From IMG/VR virus record IMGVR_UViG_3300030330_005600, positions 1 through 64,000 of that record: a stretch of DNA of 64,000 nt. One strand, 5' to 3'. The translations under genes and the position numbers were made by a program. Positions 17,048 through 26,708 of the stretch are shown here, in pieces (the first letter of the stretch is position 1; each line of letters starts with the position of its first letter). The notes beneath the pieces were generated by a model. The model worked only from the letters and a program-made list of their open reading frames with translations, did not search any database and was not told the DNA's origin. This stretch comes from a virus (lineage: Duplodnaviria > Caudoviricetes).

Positions 17048-19087
17048 ATTACCTGTGTCGAAAAAGTTGGTTATTGATTCTTCTAAGTTATCGGGAACAC
17101 ATCCTGAATCTGTTTCACAGTTAGGGTATTTGAACTTGTCTCCACAATTGGGGTTACCTTCTTTCCAATAATAAACTGGTGCACGTGGAATATAATCTAC
17201 CCTTATTGTAAGTCTAGGTTCTCTTTTCCTAGCCCCTTCTAATGACCATCTTAATGTGTAACTATCTTTAGGTACAAAGATATAATCTTCAAAAAATACA
17301 CCTTTTGTGACATCATTAATACTTTTAATTATCTCCCAACCCTTACCACTTTCAGATTCTAATTCACTTTGTAATTTTTTTCTTAATCCTTCTAAAACTT
17401 CAGTAAATTTATCCATATGTTCGTATTCGTCTACAACAGATTTTTTTATGTTTTTAAATGCACCATAAAACTCAATTAAATGAAACCCTTTTTCATAAGG
17501 TGATTTTTTAACTTCTATTGGGTCATCAACGTTTAAAGTAAAATTTTGATCGTCATCCAAACCGTTTAGTGTGACTGGTTCTAGTGTTTTAATATCATAT
17601 TTTAGTGTCTCATTAGTTATAATTTCATTATATGTGACTCCTGTAATATAATTGACACTCATATTAGAAGCAACTGAATCCCGTAATGATTTGTTGTAAC
17701 CCTTTCTTTTGGAAATTCTAGAAGTATTACCCTCTCCTTTAGTTACTTGAAAATATTTAATTCCGTCACATATAGTACCAAAACTTTGTTCATACTCAGT
17801 TGCTTCGGAAGGTTTTTTTGTAGAAACAAATTGTATAGGTAAACTATCTAATTCCATAAAATCTAAAAATTTAAAAAAGTTAAATGATGTGTTGTTTATA
17901 TTTTTTTTGGTTTCAGCTCTTAATTTGTTAAATTTCTTTTTTATAAGATTAAGTGTAGTTCCTTTTTTCATCCCCTTAAGTTGTCCAAGATTAATTAAAT
18001 CTGCGTCTACTAATTTTTTCATAATTCCACCTTGTGGAGTAGTAATTTTTAAATCATTATCAATCATCGTGCTTCTCGCGATTATATTTGATCCTTCTTC
18101 TGACACAATTACTTTCATTACACTTTCCACAACATCACTTAGTGGGAATATAGTTTGTATTTGATTGTTAGGTTTGGGATTACTGAATTCTTCTATTCTA
18201 GTTAAATTTTTATATACATCATCTTCTACTTCATCAGCATCCCACTTACCATATCTATACGAACCATCCTCTAGTATTTGTTTTATTAATAAATCTTTAA
18301 ACTTTTCCCAATCCTTTTTTACTAAACTTTCAACCTCTACTTCATTCTGTGGATTAAAATTCTTAAAAATTTTATTGAACTCTCCGATGGGTGTGTTAGG
18401 ATTTAATTCCTGTATTTTATTTTTAAATGTTTCAGAAAATTTAGAAAAACTAGTTTCTCTATTAATACGCCATATATATTGATCATTATTTTCAATCCAA
18501 CCTTCTATTTTAGATTTGATTTCTTCGTAATCTCTAGGTTTAAAATCATCATCTAACTGATCATAAAGATCTAAAATTTCTTTGTTTAATTCATTTACTG
18601 TTTCGTATTTATCCGTACTTTTATCAACATTTCCTATCCCCTTATAAATTTTTTTACTTTCATTAGTTTTATCATCTATTTTATCTAATAATATAATATC
18701 ATTAATATGTTTTAAAGGAGTTTGTTGAGTGAGGTCTGGGAACTTATCTTCAATGTTTTTAAGTTTTTTCGCAATTTCCTTTCTCTCCATAGGTTTATAA
18801 AGAAAAAAATTATATATTTTTTCAATATATTCAGAAGGGGCCCACCAATCTTTTCGAGTGATATTTCTCCTACCTTGTTCCGGCAGTGTTATAAAGTTAT
18901 CCACCATATCTATATAACCATTAACTAAATCTATTCCTTGTGTGTTCCCAGTAAAGAGATCCCACGAAGTTTTAGAGATGCGCCTTTCATATTTTTTATA
19001 CCAAGGAGCTGCATGTATTTCATTTAAAGACACTTTACCTGTATCAAAGAATTCTTCTACTATTATGTCTAATGATTTTTTATCCAT
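17036..19087 (-). CDS. Large hypothetical protein, possibly head-packaged
   Basis: 683 aa; FFDTG motif at both termini; SLNE near the N-terminus. Confidence 0.75.
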   Translation of the reverse strand: MDKKSLDIIVEEFFDTGKVSLNEIHAAPWYKKYERRISKTSWDLFTGNTQGIDLVNGYIDMVDNFITLPEQGRRNITRKDWWAPSEYIEKIYNFFLYKPMERKEIAKKLKNIEDKFPDLTQQTPLKHINDIILLDKIDDKTNESKKIYKGIGNVDKSTDKYETVNELNKEILDLYDQLDDDFKPRDYEEIKSKIEGWIENNDQYIWRINRETSFSKFSETFKNKIQELNPNTPIGEFNKIFKNFNPQNEVEVESLVKKDWEKFKDLLIKQILEDGSYRYGKWDADEVEDDVYKNLTRIEEFSNPKPNNQIQTIFPLSDVVESVMKVIVSEEGSNIIARSTMIDNDLKITTPQGGIMKKLVDADLINLGQLKGMKKGTTLNLIKKKFNKLRAETKKNINNTSFNFFKFLDFMELDSLPIQFVSTKKPSEATEYEQSFGTICDGIKYFQVTKGEGNTSRISKRKGYNKSLRDSVASNMSVNYITGVTYNEIITNETLKYDIKTLEPVTLNGLDDDQNFTLNVDDPIEVKKSPYEKGFHLIEFYGAFKNIKKSVVDEYEHMDKFTEVLEGLRKKLQSELESESGKGWEIIKSINDVTKGVFFEDYIFVPKDSYTLRWSLEGARKREPRLTIRVDYIPRAPVYYWKEGNPNCGDKFKYPNCETDSGCVPDNLEESITNFFDTGNFEF

Positions 19088-19105
19088 ATATTAATAAATA
19101 TCCCT

Positions 19106-20161
19106 TTAATTGGAATACTTATTAATAAGATAATCTAAATTATCTTGTAGGATATCTTTGGCGATGAACTCACCTTCTTTCATAGATTCTCTGTCGTATA
19201 ATATTATACCATTCTTATCTGATGATTCACCAGCAAATAAATCGATATATCTATAATTTTCATAATCCATAGAAAGTCTTGCCGCTTCCGCTTTACTCTT
19301 AACTTGTATGAAAAATACATTACCATCTAACTCCATAATCATATCGATACCATAAACCATATCGATAAAATCACCATTAGCACCGTGATATAATAATTTA
19401 AACCCTTGTTTTTCTAACAACTTAATTGTTAAATCTTCTACTTCATCGCCAATAACCGTATTCTTACGTGTATTATTGGTGAAATCTCTATACTCTTTAA
19501 TGTCGAAGTATTTATCTAACAGTCTATAAAGGTGAGATGTTTGAGGTTTACTTCTAGTTGGTTTACCTGCCTCTCTTAAATCTAGTAGATATATTTTTAG
19601 TTCAGTAAAATTCATACCTTTTACCTCTTCTATTTTATCACCTCTCTTTAGTAGTTCTGTAAGTAGTTCCGCAAGATCACTCCAACTAGTGTTTAACTTA
19701 TTTACAAATATCCAATCTCCGTTATCATCTCTTACCAATTCTTTACCAATTAGTCTCTGAGATGTATATACACCATTTTTAAAAGTTATATCACTAAACT
19801 TTTTAGACTCATAAAGATATTTTAATGGTTTTTGGAACTTTGGGTTTACATCTTCTTTTGTTTTATCTGGTTTTAATAGAGTATCTATAATAGGTTGCAT
19901 ATCCAAACCATCTTTCTCTTTTAACCATCTACCCATACGATGAAGTTTATCACACACACCCCTATCATCACCACTAAACCTATTACAGGCAAAGTACGAC
20001 ATTTTTTCAATCTCTTTTTCCTCTAATATTTTATCTGCGACTTCTCTTTCCTTTTGTTCGTAATCAACGCTAGGGTGTGACAAACCTAATTCTTTTTCTT
20101 TTTCTTTAACTTCATCATTTAAAATGAAATCAATAAAATCATCCATATTATCTTCTTGCAT
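19106..20161 (-). CDS. Protein with C-terminal PD-(D/E)xK nuclease-like domain
   Basis: G..VE, GIDMI...FFIQVKS. Confidence 0.6.
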   Translation of the reverse strand: MQEDNMDDFIDFILNDEVKEKEKELGLSHPSVDYEQKEREVADKILEEKEIEKMSYFACNRFSGDDRGVCDKLHRMGRWLKEKDGLDMQPIIDTLLKPDKTKEDVNPKFQKPLKYLYESKKFSDITFKNGVYTSQRLIGKELVRDDNGDWIFVNKLNTSWSDLAELLTELLKRGDKIEEVKGMNFTELKIYLLDLREAGKPTRSKPQTSHLYRLLDKYFDIKEYRDFTNNTRKNTVIGDEVEDLTIKLLEKQGFKLLYHGANGDFIDMVYGIDMIMELDGNVFFIQVKSKAEAARLSMDYENYRYIDLFAGESSDKNGIILYDRESMKEGEFIAKDILQDNLDYLINKYSN

Positions 20162-20208
20162 AAAATAAGTTTTATATAAGTTTAAATAAAAAAAATGAGA
20201 ATGTAAAA

Positions 20209-20430
20209 TTATTTTTGGTTAAATATAAAAGTGATACCAGCAATGTTTACTTCAATAACTTCGTTGTGGGAGAAAGAGGAATTATTATTATTTGTTTTAT
20301 AAAAAAGTTCTTCATCCAAATGTCTATGTGATTGTTTATCTAACGCATAAGTTAGGGTTAAACCCTCTACAGGTATAACTTCGTTTTCCACACACTCGTT
20401 AGCAATCTCTAAAACTTTTTCTAATTTCAT
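20209..20430 (-). CDS. Hypothetical protein (start ATG 20430)
   Basis: Starts immediately after the stop of the upstream ORF. Confidence 0.65.
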   Translation of the reverse strand: MKLEKVLEIANECVENEVIPVEGLTLTYALDKQSHRHLDEELFYKTNNNNSSFSHNEVIEVNIAGITFIFNQK

Positions 20431-20431
20431 T

Positions 20432-20623
20432 TTAAAACATTTGTTTAATCTTTGATATAAACCTACTCCATCTTGATCTTTTGATTTTAGTGATTTTATT
20501 ACCATTCTTTTTAATGTGTTCACCTAAACCGTTTCTAATTTCGTTAATAAATTGTTCTTTTTTTAATTCGGTTTTTTCTTTGTCAAACCTAATTAAGTTT
20601 TCTTCGCGTTTTAACTCATCCAT
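20432..20623 (-). CDS. Hypothetical protein (63 aa)
   Basis: ORF track, in operon order. Confidence 0.65.
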   Translation of the reverse strand: MDELKREENLIRFDKEKTELKKEQFINEIRNGLGEHIKKNGNKITKIKRSRWSRFISKIKQMF

Positions 20624-20637
20624 AATTACAATTATAA

Positions 20638-21027
20638 TTAAAAAATTCTAACTAGTGAAGAATATAATGTAGGAAATAATGGTTTTGGTAAGTTATCCAT
20701 ACTGAACCATCCCCAGTCCATATTTTCATGATCTAATTTACATTGATGCTCTTTATCACAGTAACCAATGTAAAAATCAAAATAGGGTATTAATTGGTTT
20801 TGATGTTCAAAAAATTCAAATTTAATGTCTTTACTATTTATTTGAGTTTCTTCCATCAACTCTCTTTTAATCCCTTCTAAGACATTCTCTCCTTTTTCTA
20901 TACCACCAGATACTATTGTCCATGTTTTTGGGTATGTGGACTTCTTAGACCTCTTTAATAACATAAATCTGTTAGTTTCTTTACAAACTAATAAAACTCC
21001 TCCGTACTTTCTCATAATATTATGCAA
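20638..21027 (-). CDS. Nudix hydrolase
   Basis: GGIEKGENVLEGIKRELMEETQI Nudix box. Confidence 0.92.
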   Translation of the reverse strand: MHNIMRKYGGVLLVCKETNRFMLLKRSKKSTYPKTWTIVSGGIEKGENVLEGIKRELMEETQINSKDIKFEFFEHQNQLIPYFDFYIGYCDKEHQCKLDHENMDWGWFSMDNLPKPLFPTLYSSLVRIF

Positions 21028-22030
21028 ACGTATTTTCTAAAAATTTATAATCTATCCCTACATAAGGATGTGGATCAACAAATTTACCATCTATCTTCAT
21101 TCCAGTGTGTAAATGTGCACCAGTACTACATCCTCTCCCTTTTTGACCTCTAGCCCCACCAGTTATACCTATGATACGACCAGGACTTAGAGAATCTCCC
21201 GATTTTACAAAAATTTCACTCATATGGCAAAATATCATTTTGCGACCGTCATTTAGTTTTATTGTTATAGTACCACCACAAGCATTTTTCTTACCACTCC
21301 CACTACACACTGGCGTACCTTGAAAATATGCTGATTTCACAATACCATCATTTAACCATACTAATTCTATAGGTTTACGAGTAATATAATCATGTCCAGA
21401 ATGTCCTTTACTACCATATAGTCGATCATTTCCCTTTCTGAAATAATTACCAGTACTCTGAGGGGTATATAATCTATTATCATCTATGTCTACATACCCT
21501 TCCTCGTTATTACCATCCTCTTCATTTGAGATAATATCATCATCTTCGTCAGGAAAAATGTCTCCATGATCATGTTCGTGTTCATGATCATGTTCGTGTT
21601 CATAATCATCCTCTTCACCTGAAGTAGTAGTGTCTTGAACATCAGGTAACCCATAAATAATTAATTCATCTACTGTTGAGTCTGATTCATCCGCTATTTC
21701 ACTAACTTGATTCCATAATTCTGTATATGTGATAGGTCCGACTATTTTATCCCATTGTTTTCTATCATCAAAACTATCTTCTTGAAATTGTCTTATAGCA
21801 TTAGCGGTTCTATAACCATAAATACCATCTATTAATGGTTCACCATTATTATAATGTCCTATATTATAACCTAATATAACTAACATTTTTTGAATTCTTT
21901 TTACATTAGTTTTATTGTTTCTCCTATATCTTCGTATATATTTCCCATCTAATTCTTTTTCCCATAAATCTTCTGTTATAGAATTTTCATTTAATATATT
22001 TAATTGTCTTTCAGTTATTATTAATTTCAT
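21020..22030 (-). CDS. Peptidoglycan-binding domain + M23 endopeptidase
   Basis: DGIYG..T..AIRQFQ...IVGP.T; HSGHD, FCHM, STGAHLH; N-terminal KLIITERQL..LNE. Confidence 0.88.
   Translation of the reverse strand: MKLIITERQLNILNENSITEDLWEKELDGKYIRRYRRNNKTNVKRIQKMLVILGYNIGHYNNGEPLIDGIYGYRTANAIRQFQEDSFDDRKQWDKIVGPITYTELWNQVSEIADESDSTVDELIIYGLPDVQDTTTSGEEDDYEHEHDHEHEHDHGDIFPDEDDDIISNEEDGNNEEGYVDIDDNRLYTPQSTGNYFRKGNDRLYGSKGHSGHDYITRKPIELVWLNDGIVKSAYFQGTPVCSGSGKKNACGGTITIKLNDGRKMIFCHMSEIFVKSGDSLSPGRIIGITGGARGQKGRGCSTGAHLHTGMKIDGKFVDPHPYVGIDYKFLENTFA
21565..21610. repeat. 18-bp tandem repeat, about 2.5 copies, encoding EHEHDH
   Basis: catgatcatgttcgtgtt x2 plus a partial copy. Confidence 0.85.
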
Positions 22031-22052
22031 TACGTTTTTTTTTATAAATATC

Positions 22053-24641
22053 TTATTTTATTTGTTTTTCTAAAACATTAACTATTAAGTTATGTAATGA
22101 ATCATTTAAATGAAGTTTGTCATCTTCAAAATGTCCCTTTTGTATATTCTTATTTGTTAAATTTAATGTCGCAATTAATTGAGATGGTTTTTGAGATAAA
22201 ACCCAATCCGCAATAGCTTGATTAGATGGGTAATTACCATCCGCAAATCTTTTATGGGGTGGTGTTATACCAATAATTTTTGTATCTGAACCTTTTTGTT
22301 GTTTTATTAATTTATAAATTTTATCTAAATTACTAATCGCAATATCCGGTGTTGCCCTATATGCTGCATTTCCACCACCCATTACAATAAAATAATCATA
22401 CTCTTTTATTTTATCTTTTATTTTAACAAGTTCATCGTACATCCATTTAGGTTTTTTACCTACTTGTGCTAATATAGTACCGTCATACTTTTCTTTGTTT
22501 AACAATTTACGTGAATAATTCTTACCAACATCCGCACTATGAGAATCACCGATAATTAATATTTTAATTTTCCCATCTTTGGAAGTAGATTCACTATCTT
22601 CTTCATTTTCAAAATCAAAAGGGTTACGTTTATCACATAATTCATATCTTTTATCTGAATCCACACCTTCAATAAACCCTTGTGCATATGAACTATACCC
22701 ACCTGCGGTTTCTGGATCTGAACCATTAAACTTTTCTTCAGTGTATCTACACCACTCATTATACTCTGTTGTATAATCCCATAATTTTTGGTTATCCCAT
22801 TTTTGTTTATCTTTAATGTATTTAGCAACTAAATAACCTGTTCTATCTGCACCGTTTCTACAATGTATTAATGTGTTACCTTTTTCTAATATTGGTAAAA
22901 CTTTCTTAATTGTTTGTTGGTATCCTTTATTTTTAACATAACCCGCATGTGCATCTACAAAATCCTTAGTTTTAGGATAAAATTCTGCACCTGCCGCCTT
23001 AACTAATTTTCTCTCTTCTTTGGTTGGTACTTTTATGTCACCATTTTTAGAAGTTTCCTTACTAGCATTTAATCTTATAACTCTTTTAATATCGTAATTT
23101 TGTAACATCCATGCTAATTCACCTAATGTAGGTTGTCCACTTCTATAATCTGTTGTACCAGGAATTTTATCAAACTGTACACCTTTTCTTGGTCCTTGTC
23201 CAGGTTTAACAGGTACAATACCATTATCAGTAAGGTATTTATCAAAATCTGTAGAATCGTCTGCAATTATTTTAGGTGTAAACTTTTCCCATTTTTTATC
23301 GATAGTATTATATCTACACCCACATTGTTTTAATACATTCTCATAATATTCAGGTTTTATTTGTGCAGAATTTATACCACCTTCGTAGTTACTTTGTCCT
23401 CTTTTAGGTCCAATTAATATAGGTATTCCTGCCCATAATTGAGGTATTAATTCATATAACTTAGCACATCCTTTATTAATTCCTTCCTGAGTAATTGCTG
23501 CAGCCGCCATTTTATCTTGATTTTTAGGGGAAAACTTACTATCTCTAGTTAACCCTACCCTACTTAAATATTTATCAATCTCACTAGGTACGTACTGATA
23601 TCTACCCATTGCTATATTATTTTCTTTAGTTGTAGACTTTTCTTTAACATGTTTTAGTGCTTCCTTAATAGTCATTTTACTAATACCCGGCACAATACCA
23701 CTTCTTATACCAGATAATCCCATATTCACACTATCATAACTATGATTACCTCCTGGAGTTTCTGCGGTACTTATCATATACATTATATCCTTCACACAAG
23801 AATCCAATGGTATATGAAATGAACCATCACCAGTATCTGGTGCATGTTCATAATCATCTACCACTTCATCATTTGTATCAGTACTAGATGTATCATCAGT
23901 ACTAGGTGTATCATCAGTACTAGATGTATCATCAGTATTCACTTTCTTATTGTTATTTGTTTTATTTAATGCGACATAAGAATCAAAGTCAATACCAATT
24001 TCTTTAACTTCTTCACCATTTTTATCAACCGATAAAACATAATTTGTGTTATTTTCTTTTTCCAGTTCCTTTATAATAGTAGATAATTCTTCATCATTAA
24101 ATTTACTTGTATCAATATTTAATATTCCACCATTTTTAAATGTGTTATCCCCATCTATAAATAATAGTTTATCTACCATTTGTTGTTTAGAATACCCTAA
24201 AGATTTTCTTACCCTATCCACTAAATAATTTATTGCAATTATATCCCCCATAGATAAATTATCAAAATTTAACCCATATAAATTAGTTTGTTCTATTAAT
24301 AAAGTGGGATTATCCATTTCTAAAAAAATTTTATTTCTTAATTCTGTATGGTTAATATTTTTAGGTAAAGTAACATCTAATTCTAACATTTTATCTAAAT
24401 GTTTAACATTAACTTCTGTTAAGTCACCCCTAAACATATCTATTACAATACTATCTATATCCGTATTTTTTAAAATTCTACTAATATTATTTTTTCTAAT
24501 ATTAGTTTCAGTAATTAATTTTTTTTCATATAATATAATACTATCATAAATAAAATTTACTATACCTTCAGATATTCTATTTTTACTTTGTTGATAGTGT
24601 AATATTTTATTATATTGATTTTTATTTACTATTACGCGCAT
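22053..24641 (-). CDS. Multi-domain protein: lysozyme-like muramidase + Cys-dependent (PTP/DSP) phosphatase + SGNH hydrolase
   Basis: I..AE...YD, AMGRYQY, FSP.NQD, WAG.P; YRSGQP, HCRNGADRTG; IIGDSHS, GGGN, DDKLHLN. Confidence 0.8.
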   Translation of the reverse strand: MRVIVNKNQYNKILHYQQSKNRISEGIVNFIYDSIILYEKKLITETNIRKNNISRILKNTDIDSIVIDMFRGDLTEVNVKHLDKMLELDVTLPKNINHTELRNKIFLEMDNPTLLIEQTNLYGLNFDNLSMGDIIAINYLVDRVRKSLGYSKQQMVDKLLFIDGDNTFKNGGILNIDTSKFNDEELSTIIKELEKENNTNYVLSVDKNGEEVKEIGIDFDSYVALNKTNNNKKVNTDDTSSTDDTPSTDDTSSTDTNDEVVDDYEHAPDTGDGSFHIPLDSCVKDIMYMISTAETPGGNHSYDSVNMGLSGIRSGIVPGISKMTIKEALKHVKEKSTTKENNIAMGRYQYVPSEIDKYLSRVGLTRDSKFSPKNQDKMAAAAITQEGINKGCAKLYELIPQLWAGIPILIGPKRGQSNYEGGINSAQIKPEYYENVLKQCGCRYNTIDKKWEKFTPKIIADDSTDFDKYLTDNGIVPVKPGQGPRKGVQFDKIPGTTDYRSGQPTLGELAWMLQNYDIKRVIRLNASKETSKNGDIKVPTKEERKLVKAAGAEFYPKTKDFVDAHAGYVKNKGYQQTIKKVLPILEKGNTLIHCRNGADRTGYLVAKYIKDKQKWDNQKLWDYTTEYNEWCRYTEEKFNGSDPETAGGYSSYAQGFIEGVDSDKRYELCDKRNPFDFENEEDSESTSKDGKIKILIIGDSHSADVGKNYSRKLLNKEKYDGTILAQVGKKPKWMYDELVKIKDKIKEYDYFIVMGGGNAAYRATPDIAISNLDKIYKLIKQQKGSDTKIIGITPPHKRFADGNYPSNQAIADWVLSQKPSQLIATLNLTNKNIQKGHFEDDKLHLNDSLHNLIVNVLEKQIK
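23877..23937. repeat. 18-bp tandem repeat, about 3.4 copies (TDDTSS/TDDTPS linker)
   Basis: atcagtactag(a/g)tgtatc. Confidence 0.9.
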
Positions 24642-24686
24642 TTTAATTACTTTTGTTTATAATAAATATAATAAAATCAATTAAAA

Positions 24687-25010
24687 ATGGAAGTATTATT
24701 AATAATATTAGTCGGTTATGGAATCTCAAATATAGTCGTATTTGGTTCTATTTTTGAGAAGTTAAGAGATTATGCGACTGCATTCAGTCCTAACTTTTTT
24801 GGTAAGTTACTATCTTGTATGATGTGTACACCTTTTTGGGTAGGGTTTTTCCTTTCTTTAGGTTCGGTATTAACAGGATATACTAACTTTTCCCCTTTTT
24901 ATAGTTACGGTTTAGAATGTGTGTGGATATCTATATTTTTAGATTCTTGCTTAATTTCAGGAACTACATGGTTAATTCATACGATTCAAGAAAAATTAGA
25001 AGTAGAGTAA
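24687..25010 (+). CDS. DUF1360-like membrane protein
   Basis: IFE.LR...GKLLSCMMCTPFWVG with TM helices. Confidence 0.65.
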   Translation: MEVLLIILVGYGISNIVVFGSIFEKLRDYATAFSPNFFGKLLSCMMCTPFWVGFFLSLGSVLTGYTNFSPFYSYGLECVWISIFLDSCLISGTTWLIHTIQEKLEVE

Positions 25011-25039
25011 AAAAAAAAGAGGGTTTATTTACCCTCTTC
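25011..25039. terminator. Terminator between convergent genes
   Basis: A-run, AAGAGGGT-loop-ACCCTCTT. Confidence 0.6.
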
Positions 25040-25492
25040 TTCTAATTCTAATTTATTCTCCTCTTTTGGTGGTAGCTCAATACCATTTTTTACGTGTTTA
25101 CTTTTAGGTTTGAGGTTAATATCCTCTAGTGTCGGTGTTGTGATTTCATCAAAAACAAATTTTAAATTCTCTAATTGTTCTAATTTCTTTTCACCGAACA
25201 ATCTTTTTAATTCTTCAATTTTTACTTTAAGTAAAGTTAATTTATTTTCGTTCTCAACATTAACATTAATCACGTTTTCAACGTGTGTTACCACAATATC
25301 AATACTATCTTTAGGGTTTTTAGGAAACACCATAAAATAATTTTTATTGTTACTACTAGGTTTGTAGGAAACATTATCAGTTTCAAACATATTCCAACCC
25401 TCTTTAATTACCAAATCTACAACGGGTAAGTCTTTTACGAATCTAATTCCTGTAACATATGGTCTTAAAGAACTTAATTTATCTTGTATCAT
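25025..25492 (-). CDS. Hypothetical protein
   Basis: ORF track. Confidence 0.7.
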   Translation of the reverse strand: MIQDKLSSLRPYVTGIRFVKDLPVVDLVIKEGWNMFETDNVSYKPSSNNKNYFMVFPKNPKDSIDIVVTHVENVINVNVENENKLTLLKVKIEELKRLFGEKKLEQLENLKFVFDEITTPTLEDINLKPKSKHVKNGIELPPKEENKLELEEEGK

Positions 25493-25494
25493 AT

Positions 25495-25692
25495 TTAAAT
25501 TTTTATACCTTCAAATAAAAATAAAACGATATAAGAGATAGACATACCTAAATATAATAAAGAACTTTTATTCAATACAAATCGTTCTTCTGCCCTAAAA
25601 TTTCTTATGAGAAAGAAAGAGTTTCTGATTACGTTTAATATTGATAATATTAACAAAAATACAAAAAACTTATTTAGGATGTCTATCAACAT
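25495..25692 (-). CDS. Small 2-TM membrane protein
   Basis: Two hydrophobic helices. Confidence 0.65.
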   Translation of the reverse strand: MLIDILNKFFVFLLILSILNVIRNSFFLIRNFRAEERFVLNKSSLLYLGMSISYIVLFLFEGIKI

Positions 25693-25703
25693 ATCAACAT
25701 CAT

Positions 25704-25892
25704 TTATACATTAACAGTATCAGATTTCTTTAATTCTGAAACTTCTAATCTTATTGTCTGACAAAGATTTTTAATATCTTGACAACCTTTTCTTACTCTA
25801 GTACCCGCAGCTTTATTTCCTTTGTCATAGAATTTAGTTACATCTTCTTCTAAGTTATTAACTAAAGTTTTTAAATTTTCGAAATTTTCCAT
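25704..25892 (-). CDS. Histone H1-like Hc1-family protein (Bacteroidota type)
   Basis: D..KF.DKGNKAAGTR.RK....IK.....IR. Confidence 0.85.
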   Translation of the reverse strand: MENFENLKTLVNNLEEDVTKFYDKGNKAAGTRVRKGCQDIKNLCQTIRLEVSELKKSDTVNV

Positions 25893-25913
25893 TTTTTTTT
25901 ATTTTATTTTTTA

Positions 25914-26153
25914 TTATTGGACAACTTTTTCATCATTTGTCTCTACACTATATTCTGTTAAGTATTCAGTCATTGTTTTAATTTTATTATTTACATTAAC
26001 AATTTCTTGTAACACTTTTTTGAATCTCTTTTTTTTATTCTTAGTTTTTCCTACATTATTATTTAACACATAGTTTAAATCAATTTCTAATGTATCTCTC
26101 TCCGATATTAAGTCAGATAAAACTATTTCTAAAAATTTTATGTTATTATTCAT
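25914..26153 (-). CDS. Hypothetical coiled-coil protein
   Basis: ORF track. Confidence 0.6.
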   Translation of the reverse strand: MNNNIKFLEIVLSDLISERDTLEIDLNYVLNNNVGKTKNKKKRFKKVLQEIVNVNNKIKTMTEYLTEYSVETNDEKVVQ

Positions 26154-26197
26154 TTGTTTAAGGATAAAACTTTTTAATGAGAAAATAAATAGTAAAT

Positions 26198-26665
26198 CTA
26201 TTTTTTTAGTTTAAAATTTAAACTTTTCTCAAATAATCTATATAATTCTATTAATACATCCATATCTGATCTAGTTTTAATTCTATGATAATCAAATGAA
26301 AATTGTGCTAACTTGTTTAATTTTTCTATACTGTCTTTTTTATTATTTGAATTATAAAAAACTTCAATATAAAAGTTATAAAAATAATCACTTAATTCTT
26401 CATCATACTCGAATTTTATACCTTCTTCTTTAAAATCTTTTATTACATCTTTAAAACACCATAAAAAATGTGATAGTATATCTTTTTCACTATTAATTAC
26501 ATCATCACCTAAAAATGTATCATATACTTTACAATTTAAAGTTATTATATAATCAAAAAACAAGGTACACTTATTATAATTAATATTATTTGCTTTATAT
26601 AATAAAACCATTTCCTCATATGTAAGAGGAGTACTAATATATTTTATAAACTCTCCTGTGTTCAT
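26198..26665 (-). CDS. Hypothetical protein
   Basis: ORF track. Confidence 0.7.
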   Translation of the reverse strand: MNTGEFIKYISTPLTYEEMVLLYKANNINYNKCTLFFDYIITLNCKVYDTFLGDDVINSEKDILSHFLWCFKDVIKDFKEEGIKFEYDEELSDYFYNFYIEVFYNSNNKKDSIEKLNKLAQFSFDYHRIKTRSDMDVLIELYRLFEKSLNFKLKK

Positions 26666-26708
26666 ACTACTAATATAACTATACTTTATACCTATATAAA
26701 GATTAATA

